A stretch of DNA of 40,305 bases from contig NC_068989.1 in the NCBI RefSeq assembly GCF_001194135.2, positions 6,715,310 through 6,755,614 on the forward strand, in the 5' to 3' direction. This document shows positions 12,322 through 23,743 of this stretch, piece by piece (the first letter of the stretch is position 1; each line of letters starts with the position of its first letter). The stretch is from Octopus bimaculoides. Its lineage: Eukaryota. Under the pieces are notes generated by a model. The model was given only the letters and a program-made list of their open reading frames with translations, had not been told where the DNA came from and searched no databases. Position numbers and translations under genes: made by a program.

Positions 12322-13386
12322 AGATTGTAACTGACAACAGAATTCGGTATTCTTAGTCCGATTAGTCTTGGAAAGATGGTAATCTTGGAAATGGGTGACA
12401 ACAATGGGTTCTATTATACATAATTTACATAATATCCTACCCACACAGTTTGTAAAAGCTGAGTTTAATATTTTGTCCGAGATGATAGCAAAATGATTGG
12501 CATGTTTCATCGGTATTTATTTCGAAAAAGCTGAAACCCGTGTGAACTCTGGTGGATACATCCACGGTAACATCCATGTGTTGCATATAGAGGGAGTGGG
12601 AAACAAACCTGGCGTCAGATGAATGCTTTCGATAGTGTTAGCCATCTCTATTTGGCAATAAACCCAATAGTTGCCAGCGCCAGATCCGTTTTCAAATATG
12701 ACGTTGAAGTTCTGGTTCTACACATAGCCAACTTTAGAAACCAACCCAATATATTACTGTAAATGCACACGTTTATATTCATGTCCACTTGATATCCGCT
12801 TTCAGAGTTAGACTCATGATGATACCTGCATCTACACAACAATTAGAAGGACAGGCAAAAGAAGACGGGTCATTTTTGGCTTTTTTTCATCAGTCAATTC
12901 CCAGAAGTCACGACCATTTCGGACAGTTACACTTGACATGGATCGTTCTCGCTGACCCCCAAAAAGTCTAAGCTAAGAGCATTAGACCCTTTTGCAAGAA
13001 AACTAGCGAACGTATACGTCAACAAAGACATAAAGAAAAAGCGACAGACAGAGAGACAGACAGACCATAGAGCGCAATCATACAGTTATTTCGAGGAACT
13101 AAACTTTTGAAAGAATGTCTTTGATGTTGTTGAAAACGAATTATAGAATTTTACTAAAAAGGCTAGAAACGCAATAGAATTACGTATGTATAAAAAAAAA
13201 CATTAAAACGCTATAACAAAAGAAAGTCAACATGATCAAATCTATGATGAGTAACGGCAAAAATTTATCACCACTAATTAACAAATTGTAAGTATTTCGG
13301 AGACCAATAAATTATTTTCTCTCAATCTCTTACTATCTTACCTTCCGATCGCCTTTTACAATGCATTTATATGTGTACGTGAGTGC

Positions 13387-13538
13387 GTATATATATATAT
13401 ATATATATATATGAATGGTGCATGTATATGTATATTAGTATATATACACGCATATATGTATTCGTACGTACATGTATACACATATATATAGTACAGATAC
13501 ACTCATATATATGCATATATGTGTATATATACGTATAC

Positions 13539-13601
<63 letters not shown>

Positions 13602-13632
13602 GACATATACATATATATACATATATATCTGT

Positions 13633-13669
<37 letters not shown>

Positions 13670-13712
13670 CATATATATATATGCATACATACATATGCAT
13701 ACATACATATAC

Positions 13713-13747
<35 letters not shown>

Positions 13748-13757
13748 CGTATATATT
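13387..13757. repeat. Degenerate (TA)n/(TACA)n tract
   Basis: Directly visible; it is the source of the YI-repeat ORFs. Confidence 0.95.
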
Positions 13758-15399
13758 TGAATGTTGAGAGATATTGTTTATCCATTTCCACATCATAAAA
13801 TAGCTGTCATTTTCACTTTGTTTTTTGTTTTTTTTTATTAATCTGAACTCGGAAACTTGAAAGTCTACCATATTCTACTGTACTCTATACATATATCATA
13901 AAACTACGTCGTATTTTCTCCCTGCATCGTAACGCAATGGTGGCATTGATTTGTTAGCTGAATGTGAAGGACCTTTTATACATTCCGTATATTCGGTCGC
14001 ACAATTACACAAATAAATAAGAGCGAACCGAAGAATATTTGCGGATTACTAACCCTTAGACACAATATTTCCACAATGTAATCCTGTCAGTGTCAACACA
14101 AACGAATGTCAATAATCATTCGCTCCATTAAATGCGTCGTTATTGTTTTTAATATAAATTGCGTCGTTTCGTAAAGCCCAGATTTTCATGCATGAATGAA
14201 AAACAAAGATTTTTATGCTCTCAGCATGGGCGGGTGTCACGGTGCGTAACTTAACGTAAATGGAACTTTGTCAATTTAAGCAATAATATATTTACTTTTA
14301 GAAGTATCATATTAGCAAAACACATGAGTATTCAACTAAAGGTCAACAATTCTGGAGCGCGTTCATAGAAGCGCTGATTTGTGCTCCAGGCTTTAACCTG
14401 CACGTTTGTCTGGATAATATATTTACCGTAACGTGTAACTGACGAGTTTGTCATTAACTTACAATTTGTGAAATGATATTAATAAAGAAAATGAAAATAT
14501 AACAAAGCAGATTATTGAATGCATATGTTGGTATAAATGATTCTTGAAGAGGTTATTCGTCAATCCAATATAAGTTTATGATATCCTGTTGTTTTATTTT
14601 ATTTTATTTTATTTTGCTCGTACCCTAGCACACTATAAGTCTTTCAGATGAAACAAATGTTAAGTCATCAGTTATTGAGAGCAATGGGGGTAGTGTTTTT
14701 TTTTTGGGGGGGGGGGAAAGGCTTTGAGAATTGAAATAGTAAATTGAGCTTGTAAATTTTTTTACAGCAAGACTGGTTCAACTCAAACGAGTTTCTGGAA
14801 AAACTATGATAACTACGGTTATGTTTCAACCTTGAGTTCACATGAAGAACCCTGCAGACCAAACACAAAATACGAAACAGCATTTCATTAAATTTTATTT
14901 CGCTCAAAATATATTCCCATCTAAATTCAAAGCGCGTCCCTCAAAAGTTACAATACTAAAATTTGTTTCATCTGAAATACGGAAACCTATTTAATAAAAT
15001 AATTTCATGACATGTTTCTGAATTCATCAAGCTGTCTATATGTATTGAGTTATTTTCTCTATACGATTAGATTTTGTGCACAAACAATTCAAACGCAAAT
15101 TCTGCACATAAACTCTGATAATTTATTTCTTTTTATGTTCTTCCACACACGTTATATAACGTTTTACATTATCGTCAGATACTCTCCTTTTAATAGTAAC
15201 CACACAAGATATTTCAAATAAAAGTTATGATTGCGATCTAAAAACCATAATGTTTTGTATTAGTGCGTGTGATGATTATTAAATATCTCCTCTGTATGTT
15301 TATTGTAATCAGTTTTATATGTTTCATATTTCTTAAACCTCCGAAAATGAAAAGGAGAAACTCGAACGCACAGCTTTTACCCTCTTGTTTATTATCTAC

Positions 15400-15540
15400 C
15401 TCTGAAGACGTGCAGTGACTCGTAATATCGTTGAATGGTGTAGGGCAGGCTCTAACGACCACGGGTTTCGTGATGCAAGATCCTGTCAATGACCCTTTTT
15501 CAGGATTTCGGCAGTTGCAGGTGAGAATGTGGGGCACGGA
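15400..15540. other. Candidate isolated exon, strand unresolved
   Basis: Plus strand: pyrimidine tract and AG at 15406-15407, and CAG|GTGAGA donor after 15520, with ATG at 15473 giving MQDPVNDPFSGFRQLQ. Minus strand: AG..GT-bounded 141-nt phase 0-0 open frame. No homology was recognised. Confidence 0.3.
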
Positions 15541-15762
15541 CTGTATTTAAATGTCTGTTATTTAAACATGACAATCTAACATTTAAATTATGGGATTTAA
15601 AACGTTTGTGGTAACTATGATATGTAGGGAAATGCTGCCTAAGTTCAGGAAACTCCCGGATATATCAAGAAAACAACTAAAGTGAATGGCGAATTCATAT
15701 ACTCTAACATGCCAGTAAATCCACAACATCGTTGTGAGGGTTGCTTGCTCTGTGAAATGCCA

Positions 15763-15763
<1 letters not shown>

Positions 15764-15835
<72 letters not shown>
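15764..15835. repeat. (TATC)n microsatellite
   Basis: Directly visible. Confidence 0.97.
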
Positions 15836-15836
<1 letters not shown>

Positions 15837-17046
15837 TATATATATATATATANNNNNNNNNNNNNNNNNNNNNNNNNNNNNNNNNNNNNNNNNNNNNNNN
15901 NNNNNNNNNNNNNNNNNNNNNNNNNNNNNNNNNNNNNNNNNNNNNNNNNNNNNNNNNNNNNNNNNNNNNNNNNNNNNNNNNNNNNNNNNNTATTATATAT
16001 ATATCATATATATATATATATATCATATATATATATATCGTATATATATATATATATTCCAAAATAATTGAATATTTATCATTCTTACGCTTGTCTTTCC
16101 AAGTCCATACTCTTTTGCAGTCACTAAATTTTCCCGGTCCATATCTAGCAATTTTTATCTCTACCTCTGTTCTGTTAAACTATTTGTCTTTCTCACACAA
16201 TTCTTTTAATTTAAACTGTTTTATGCCACCTATGTTTTTTTTTATCTTCGTTCTTCCTTTTGTTCTCTACACTATCGCCCTCGTAGCGTTTTGCTTCTCT
16301 TCCCCATTCATATTACATTTCTCTCCCTTTCATAGATTTTCAAATCTTCTTCATTTTGCTCTCTTCATTTTCCCAACGTCACTCTCCTTCTTCCCTTACT
16401 TCGTTCATTCACTCTTTCTCCCTTCCTTTCTTTCTGTTTTCCATTCGCAGTCTTCCTCTTGACCCAAATCAGTCAAAGGCACAACGTGATAGAATAAATT
16501 TTATAAAATATCTAGAGAAATTTTATTGAAAAAAAAAATGAGATTCGAAATTTCATTAAAGAAATCGATCTGAAGTTATGAAGTTAATTTAATATACGTG
16601 TGTCTACAATAAGGGAGAATGAGACAGAGAGAAAAAAAAAACAGAAGAGATAAAATATATGCGTTTGCTAGGTCGTGTTTGTGTACAAGCGTGTGTATGT
16701 GTGTATGTGTGTGTGTATTTAACATAATACAAGCGTCACTCAATCACTTCCCAAGCAACATGCACGGTGACTATATCAATTAATTGCAACGATTCCACAT
16801 CAGTAATTCGTATTGTTTAACTTCTTGCAACTCAGCCAATTTCTCCGACACCTTCTCCCCCCCCCCATTCATGTATTGACGGCTTTAGAGCCAATTTTAT
16901 ATAATGCAACCCTTTAATGAACTTAATCTCATCTTGGGCTTACTTCGGCTTACAGTCCAAGTTATAATCTTTCCTTTTACCTGGACATATTAGCAAATCG
17001 CTAGCGGAGCAGCGGCTTTCTTACTGGCCTTTACGGCGTTCATGGC

Positions 17047-17062
17047 GATGATGATGAGGTTA

Positions 17063-17103
<41 letters not shown>
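17047..17103. repeat. (GAT)n microsatellite
   Basis: Directly visible. Confidence 0.95.
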
Positions 17104-17118
17104 ATTATTTATTATAAA

Positions 17119-17172
17119 GGCGGCGTGCTGGCAGAAACTTTAGCACGCCGGGTGAAAAACTTAGAAACATCG
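17119..17172 (+). mobile_element. SINE family B, 5' head fragment only
   Basis: GGCGGCGTGCTGGCAGAAACTTTAGCACGCCGGGTGAAAAACTTAG is homologous to the reverse complement of the heads ending at 17491 and 17704. Confidence 0.65.
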
Positions 17173-17310
17173 GTCGACTATAACGTACGAAGACATTCTG
17201 TTCGGTCAGGTTTATGCTACGCTTATGCAACTGCCTCTCATTTTAGCACAAGCCTAATAAATTTCTAGGAAAGCTATAGTGTGTTTCATAAACTCCACTG
17301 TTCAACTTAT

Positions 17311-17491
17311 TTTAGGGGAGGGTTAAGTCGATTACATCGACACCAGTGTTCAAATGGTACTTATTTAAGCGGCTCCAAAAGGATGAATAGCAAAGTCAAC
17401 CTCAGCAAAATTTGAGCACAGAAAGTAATTAGGGACTAAACGGCGCTCAGCATTTTGCCCGACGTGCTACTAATTCTGTCATCTTGCTGCC
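17311..17491 (-). mobile_element. SINE family B, diverged copy
   Basis: Minus strand: GGCAGCAAGATGACAGAATTAGTAGCACG...GCTCAAATTTTGC...AAATAAGTACCA...GTGTCGATGTAATCGACTTAACCCTCCCC. Confidence 0.65.
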
Positions 17492-17511
17492 TTTTCCTGC
17501 CTCTAAATAAT

Positions 17512-17704
17512 CCTTTGAAATTTTGGCAGATGGTTCTACTCGATTACGTCGATTCCAGTGTTCCAGTGGTTCTTAATTTATCGACCCGGAAAGTATGAAA
17601 GTCGAAGTCGACCTCGGTGGAATTTGAACTCAGAAACATAAAGACGGACGAAATGACACTAAGCATTTTGCACCGCATGCTAATGATTCTACCAGCATGC
17701 CGCC
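17512..17704 (-). mobile_element. SINE family B flanked by 20-bp direct repeats
   Basis: The minus strand has the head GGCGGCATGCTGGTAGAATC and the B-box GAGTTCAAATTCC. The flanks are TTTTCCTGCCTCTAAATAAT (17492-17511) and TTTTCCTGCGTCTAAATAAT (17705-17724), 19/20 identical. Confidence 0.78.
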
Positions 17705-18765
17705 TTTTCCTGCGTCTAAATAATAACAGCCAACTTTCAGCCATCTTGATTTCCCACTATATTACTACTTCGCATATGTGTAATGATATATTAATGTTAT
17801 ATGAAAACATAAATGAAAGACATTATGTTTACACGAGTCTGAATTCTGAACTTCTAGTTTTTTGTTTCGTTTTGTGCTTTTTTTAAATCAAAACCGATGA
17901 GACATACCCACACAGCTCGTTACCACATATCTTCAGTCATTAAACAATTTCCCTCTTTCTGTAATTCGAGTAAATTGCTATGAACGCGTTTCTATTTCAA
18001 ATGTTGAACAGATAAATTTAAGCCGATATATAAAACCTTATGAGAATTTGACAATTAAATTGGTTATTTATGGCCAATACTTGGAAATTTACACGTCTGA
18101 TATCACATACAGAAGGTGTATGGTATAGATGTATATAGAGTAATATGTAAACTTTTTTGTTTGATCTGCGAGATATCATGTGATAAGAAACACGAAATGC
18201 TCTTTTATAATAGCCATATCCTAAAGCTATCACTGTATTACACGATTATAGTAACATCATTCGTTATACTAATGGGATAAAAATTATATATGAGATGAGC
18301 GTTCCTTTCATAACATATTCAAGGATTTTTATGGCAGTACTCAAGTCTGATATCAAACTTTTATTTAAAATGCTCTGCTTTAATATAAATAATGATATTA
18401 CAGGTCTAAGCGATTGAAAAACATTTTAATGCTTTGTGATGTTCTTGCTGAAGCTGTTTATGTTTTTTTTAGTGCAGTTCGATCTCTGTCCATATAATTT
18501 TAATTCCTTTTTTGTAAGCTACCTGGACTGGTTGGATGAAATAGACGGGGTTTTAGTTTGTCGGTTTAATTGTGTATTTAATGCCATACACATACGTGCA
18601 AATACTTATATACTAACACACATACTACTACTTTCACACGGTTGGCATGTCACATAAGTAAATGCGAGTATGTATAATATAGTATATATATATATATATA
18701 AATATGTGAATGTACGAGCGCATATATATTAACATATGAATATGTAGATAGGTATGTCTACATCC

Positions 18766-18816
<51 letters not shown>

Positions 18817-19325
18817 NNNNNNNNNNNNNNNNNNNNNNNNNNNNNNNNNNNNNNNNNNNNNNNNNNNNNNNNNNNNNNNNNNNNNNNNNNNNNNNNNNNN
18901 NNNNNNNNNNNNNNNNNNNNNNNNNNNNNNNNNNNNNNNNNNNNNNNNNNNNNNNNNNNNNNNNNNNNNNNNNNNNNNNNNNNNNNNNNNNNNNNNNNNN
19001 NNNNNNNNNNNNNNNNNNNNNNNNNNNNNNNNNNNNNNNNNNNNNNNNNNNNNNNNNNNNNNNNNNNNNNNNNNNNNNNNNNNNNNNNNNNNNNNNNNNN
19101 NNNNNNNNNNNNNNNNNNNNNNNNNNNNNNNNNNNNNNNNNNNNNNNNNNNNNNNNNNNNNNNNNNNNNNNNNNNNNNNNNNNNNNNNNNNNNNNNNNNN
19201 NNNNNNNNNNNNNNNNNNNNNNNNNNNNNNNNNNNNNNNNNNNNNNNNNNNNNNNNNNNNNNNNNNNNNNNNNNNTATATATGCGGTGTTGAGCACTCAT
19301 TTCCATCGTTCGACATTTACACACA

Positions 19326-19382
<57 letters not shown>

Positions 19383-20124
19383 TTGTTTGTATGTATATAT
19401 GTGTATATATGTATACGGGGAGAGAAAGAGAGAGGGTTCATGCACGGTTCAGACAGGAGAAATACAAATCATTATTCAAAAAGCAAGTATTTTTATTTAG
19501 CTGCAAAGCGTCCAAAGCGACTCGAGAGCCCACAGTTTCGTGTGTAGCATCTGATCAAACTATACATCCGTCTGTTAAGCTATCTTTTTGATTTATTCTT
19601 AATTATGTTTCCTTATCTGTCTTTCTCTTACTTTTTCTTCATTTCATTTGTTTCTCTCACTTCCAATCTTTCACGTCTCCACGAAATTCTTTTCTCTCAA
19701 CACTTTTTTTCCATTTTTCTTTTCTTTTTCGCATCCTTACACCCACGTTCTTCATTCTCCATTGTGAGTTCTTTCGCACCCAATCTCCCGCTCCCTTTAC
19801 TCTCCCTCCGTCTCTGACTCTCACTCACTCGCGCTCTCCGTCTCCATCTCTCTCTTCCACCCTCCTCCGACTCTTTCTCTGTTTTCAACACTCCTTTGAC
19901 TACCTCCTACTCCAGGGAGTAACTTCATTTTCTAACTCTACCCCTACTCTTCCCACTACTCTTACGCTACACCTGTGCAATGTTAGACAGACATCGTCTG
20001 TTTAATTGAATAAAATCGAAGTCATTGAAGCAGACGACACACTAATTTGGCGGATTAAGGGCAGCGCCTACTTCAGCCCACTACACCATGATTTTGCTCT
20101 TGTGAGAGGGATTCAAATAATTCT

Positions 20125-20670
20125 AATGGTGATGAAATCAGTGGTGGAGGACGCAGTGTAGGTCGCAGCGCTAGCAGTATTGTTGCTGGTAGCGGTAGTA
20201 GTGGTGGTGATGATGGTGGTAGTGGTGGTGGTACTAGTAGTGATAATGATGGCGTTGATGGTAGTAGTGGTAGAGATGACGGTGGTGGTGGTGGTGGTGG
20301 TGGTGGCTGTGACTGTGGCAGCGGTGTGTTTGGTACTGCGGTTGAGAATGGTGAATAGTCCAGCTAATATTGATAGTATTTTGCTTGGACATTTCTGCCA
20401 TGGTTGAGGTGGAGGTATTCATTTTGGTAATGAAATTCCTGTGAATTTAGTTGTCTTGTTACAGAGAAGTAGTTGAGGTCATAACAGGTGGATGATATCA
20501 ATGCGGCGGTGGTGGTGGTGGTGGTGGTGATGGTGATGATGGTGGTGGCGGTGGTAGGGAGGGTGGTGGTTGTACATGATAAGGAAGATGGTGGCGTTGG
20601 TGTTGGTGATGGCGGTGGTGGTGGCGATGGTAGTCGTAGTATTCATGGCGGTGGCGGTACAAATGATGGA
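20125..20670. repeat. Degenerate (GGT/GAT/AGT)n trinucleotide low-complexity tracts
   Basis: Two periodic tracts at about 20125-20340 and 20505-20670. They explain the poly-Val, poly-Gly and poly-His ORFs. Confidence 0.85.
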
Positions 20671-20859
20671 NNNNNNNNNNNNNNNNNNNNNNNNNNNNNN
20701 NNNNNNNNNNNNNNNNNNNNNNNNNNNNNNNNNNNNNNNNNNNNNNNNNNNNNNNNNNNNNNNNNNNNNNNNNNNNNNNNNNNNNNNNNNNNNNNNNNNN
20801 NNNNNNNNCAACAAGGAGCATCATTAATGTGATCAAGTCTTTGAGTAGAAAATACTTCA

Positions 20860-20941
20860 GGGCGTGTAAGCGTGTGTAGGCAAGAGTGAATGCGCGTGTA
20901 CGTGCGTGTGTGTTTGTACGTGTGTTTGAAGGTCTGTATGC

Positions 20942-20982
<41 letters not shown>

Positions 20983-21330
20983 TGTATATGTTTAAGTGTG
21001 TGTGTGTGAATCTGTACAAAGCAGTATAGTTGCAAACCGTGCACACATCTGTGCGTTTATTTCATCAACTGCGCGTGTTTACGACTCGTAGATGTGTATC
21101 ACACACACACACACACACTCATACACAGACACATATACGCATACACACACATGATCATGCACGCACGCACAAACACACACATACATGTACACGCTTACAT
21201 ACATACGCACATACACACACAGACACACACACACACACATACACAAGCAATTAAACTCACGCACGTACACACACATACACACACACTCATACACACAGAA
21301 ATATACATGCACACACATACACATGCACAT
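20860..21330. repeat. (TG)n followed by degenerate (CA)n tracts
   Basis: Directly visible. Confidence 0.9.
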
Positions 21331-21342
21331 ATTAGTATTCAT

Positions 21343-21632
21343 TTATTCTTTTACTTGTTTTAGTCATTTGTCTGTGGCCATTCTGGAGCACCACCTCAGA
21401 GGGTTTTTTTTAATTCGAAGAAATCGACCCCAGGACTTATTCTTTGTAAGCTTGGTACTTACCGTTAAGTTACGGGGACATAAACACACCAACATCAGGT
21501 GTCAAGCGATGGTGGGGACACAATAAGCTACCAGGTGTAAAGCATTCGTTTTATTATACAATATATATATATTGTATATATATATTCTTTCAGTTTCCGT
21601 CGACCAGATCTACTCACAAGGCTTTGACCAGC
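21343..21632 (-). mobile_element. SINE family A, 5'-truncated copy
   Basis: Contains the 3' module (AAATCGACCCCAGGACTTATTCTTTGTAAGC), a TA-rich linker and TTCTTTCAGTTTCCGTC...CTCACAAGGCTTTG. The tRNA head is missing where the (CATA)n run begins. Confidence 0.75.
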
Positions 21633-21909
21633 CATACATACATACATACATACATACATACATACATACATACATACATACATAATGGCCATCCACTCGT
21701 GACCGAGGAAGATCATTGCTGACCTTCGGGAACATTGTGCGCTCTAGGACTAATATTTTGCATTCGCGGTTCTCGACAAGCATACACATCTGCAAACATT
21801 GCAGACCAAGCTTTCCCCATTCACTACAGCTGCAGAGCGCTTTCGAGCAGCACGCTTAAATTCTTCATGCAGAACACGAGGTCTCTCAAAGTGTCGAATG
21901 GAAAGCGAC
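21633..21909 (-). mobile_element. 3' end of an RTE/BovB-like LINE with a (TATG)n tail
   Basis: The minus frame reads HFERPRVLHEEFKRAARK...LVCNVCRCVCLSR, resembling the C-terminal CxxC-R-C-SR zinc-finger-like end of BovB-type RTE ORFs. The tandem-repeat tail is at 21633-21683. Confidence 0.6.
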
Positions 21910-22354
21910 ATACATCCATCCATCCATCCATCGATACATACATGCATACATACATACATACATACATACTTACACACACACACAGACATAAAATTAGCCA
22001 ATTGCCTTTCCGGCGTCCACCAATCGATGGCTTGGTAAGACTCTCCAATTACTTCTGTGATGTGCTGCATGCAACACGGCTCTTGGTTCCTGTCTGTTCA
22101 CTGACGTCAGCAGTCAACAAATGTCTTTCACGGCCTTTTACGCTTTTCCCCTCCAATTTCCTGTACGGAAGTGCCGTATTGTATGGCCAAATAATGATAA
22201 CTTTGTTCACTTGATTCCCGACAACAGATGCCTTTGGATTTTCAGCTTTTCTAGTAGTGTAACTTCCGTTTCCCCTTATATCCATCTCATAGGCATTAAT
22301 CTTCTTAATCCATTGCTCTGTGCATTATCCATGTGCCTGCTTCGTAGAGAACTA

Positions 22355-22881
22355 CTAGACTGAAGGGAAAAGTTCGTGCGCCGTGTTTAAACAATGACTT
22401 TTTTATGCAAGAATTTATTCAAAAACAACTATTCTTCAAAATAAAGACTGTCATTTTCCATGACCTTCTACCAACGATCGACAAGCTTTCGGTTTCGGTC
22501 AAATTACGAATCTTTTGGATTTGAATCGAAAAATTCTTGACAGGCTTCTTCAACTTCATCGAATGACTCAAATCGGTGACCTTTCATAAAGTGCTGCATT
22601 GAACGGAAGAGACCGTTGTCAGTTGGAGCAACGTCTGGACTATAGGCTGGATGCGGCAGAACTTCAGCACCACCTAATTCTTCAATCTTGTTTCTGGTCT
22701 TTCTGGCGGTGTGCGGCTTTGCATTGTCTTGCTGAAACAAATTGCGTTTTCGACGAACAAATCTTGGGTACTTTTCAACCAACACATCCTAGACTCAATC
22801 AGGTTGCTCGCAGTAAAGTTCATCGTTAATGGCGCGACCATTCGGCACACGTTCGGCGCACAAACTTTTTCCTCAACATAA
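22355..22881 (-). mobile_element. Internally deleted mariner DNA transposon (527 bp) with TIRs and a TA target duplication
   Basis: Imperfect TIRs lie at 22355-22383 and 22854-22881, with the inner 16 nt matching 15/16. TA is present at 22353-22354 and 22882-22883. The element encloses a transposase C-terminal remnant. Confidence 0.9.
22429..22840 (-). pseudogene. Mariner transposase C-terminal half with in-frame stops
   Basis: A single frame reads GRAINDELYCEQPD*V*DVLVEKYP...FQQDNAKPHTA...VLPHPAYSPDVAPTDNGLFRSMQHF...DRW*KVMENDSLYFEE*. It retains the second and third catalytic Asp motifs (QDNA, YSPD..P.D). The N-terminal half is absent. Confidence 0.9.
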
Positions 22882-23035
22882 TATTTGCATAAAATAATGG
22901 CTTCGTAGCCTCAATTTTAGATGCAGTGTCATGGATTTTGATTTTTAATGTTTTCACTTCTTATTGATGTAGTTTTACCATTACTTACGCTTTGAGTAAC
23001 GTAAATTATACACAGCAAGCGCCCTGACTAATTAT

Positions 23036-23743
23036 ACAAAAATTAAAATAATGAACTTATCGTATACATTGCTCAGGTGCACTACAATTCATCAGAAAAT
23101 GTAGCCAAAGGTGCATGAAGAGTACAGAGAATAATGCACAGAAAGTAAACATGGAATGTGTCATGAAAAAGATGTGGGAGCATCAAGTAAGCTGTTGGTG
23201 AATTTTGGTAAACGTGGAAATCTCGAAAGATGTAGTAATTTGGCAGCTAACAACTGATGCACGTAGTTTATTCCGTGCTTATTCTGAATGTATCTGAATA
23301 TCATGAGTGTTATGTTGAATTTTGATTTTGTAAGTATGTCCACAAAAGGTGCGCAAATCTGTTGTTGGCAAAACGGTTAATCTTGTAGGTGTCTATCAGG
23401 TCATTTGCCAAATGTCGGAGATTTAAATTGTCTATGCCTAGGGAAGCAAGGCGTTCAGAGTATAGCAGATGTCTGATGGCGACTATTCTTCTGATTGCGA
23501 CTATTCTTCTGGTTTCTGAACAAAGTCCTGGAGATTGATATGCTGAGCAAGATAGGGGTTCCACTCTGATGATGCAGACTCTAAGTGTGAACATGCCATA
23601 GCCTTATACGGCTTTCAATTGATAGCCCGAGAGTGGCTGACAAAAGTCTTATTGATTGATATTAAAACATCCTCGGCCATCTTGAAAATTTTAGAATTGT
23701 GGTTTGTCCAACGCATATCGCTGTTGTCAATAATGCCCAGTAC
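23036..23743 (-). mobile_element. 5'-truncated CR1-like LINE
   Basis: The minus strand reads LGIIDNSDMRWTNH...SHLESASSEWNPYL...YSERLASLGIDNLNLRHLANDLIDTYKI, which are post-RT CR1/L2-type motifs. A 3' UTR ending GTGCACCTGAGCAATGTATACGATAAGTTCATTATT follows. Confidence 0.75.

Noticed and set aside
14352-14389. Hairpin CTGGAGCGC...GTGCTCCAG
   Set aside because: The outer stem is only 9 bp and the whole hairpin is about 40 nt. That is too short for a pre-miRNA and is expected by chance.
20092-20358. 89-codon Gly/Ser/Asp-rich open frame resembling a structural protein
   Set aside because: It has no ATG or convincing splice sites. Stop-free frames are expected in GGT/AGT/GAT repeats.
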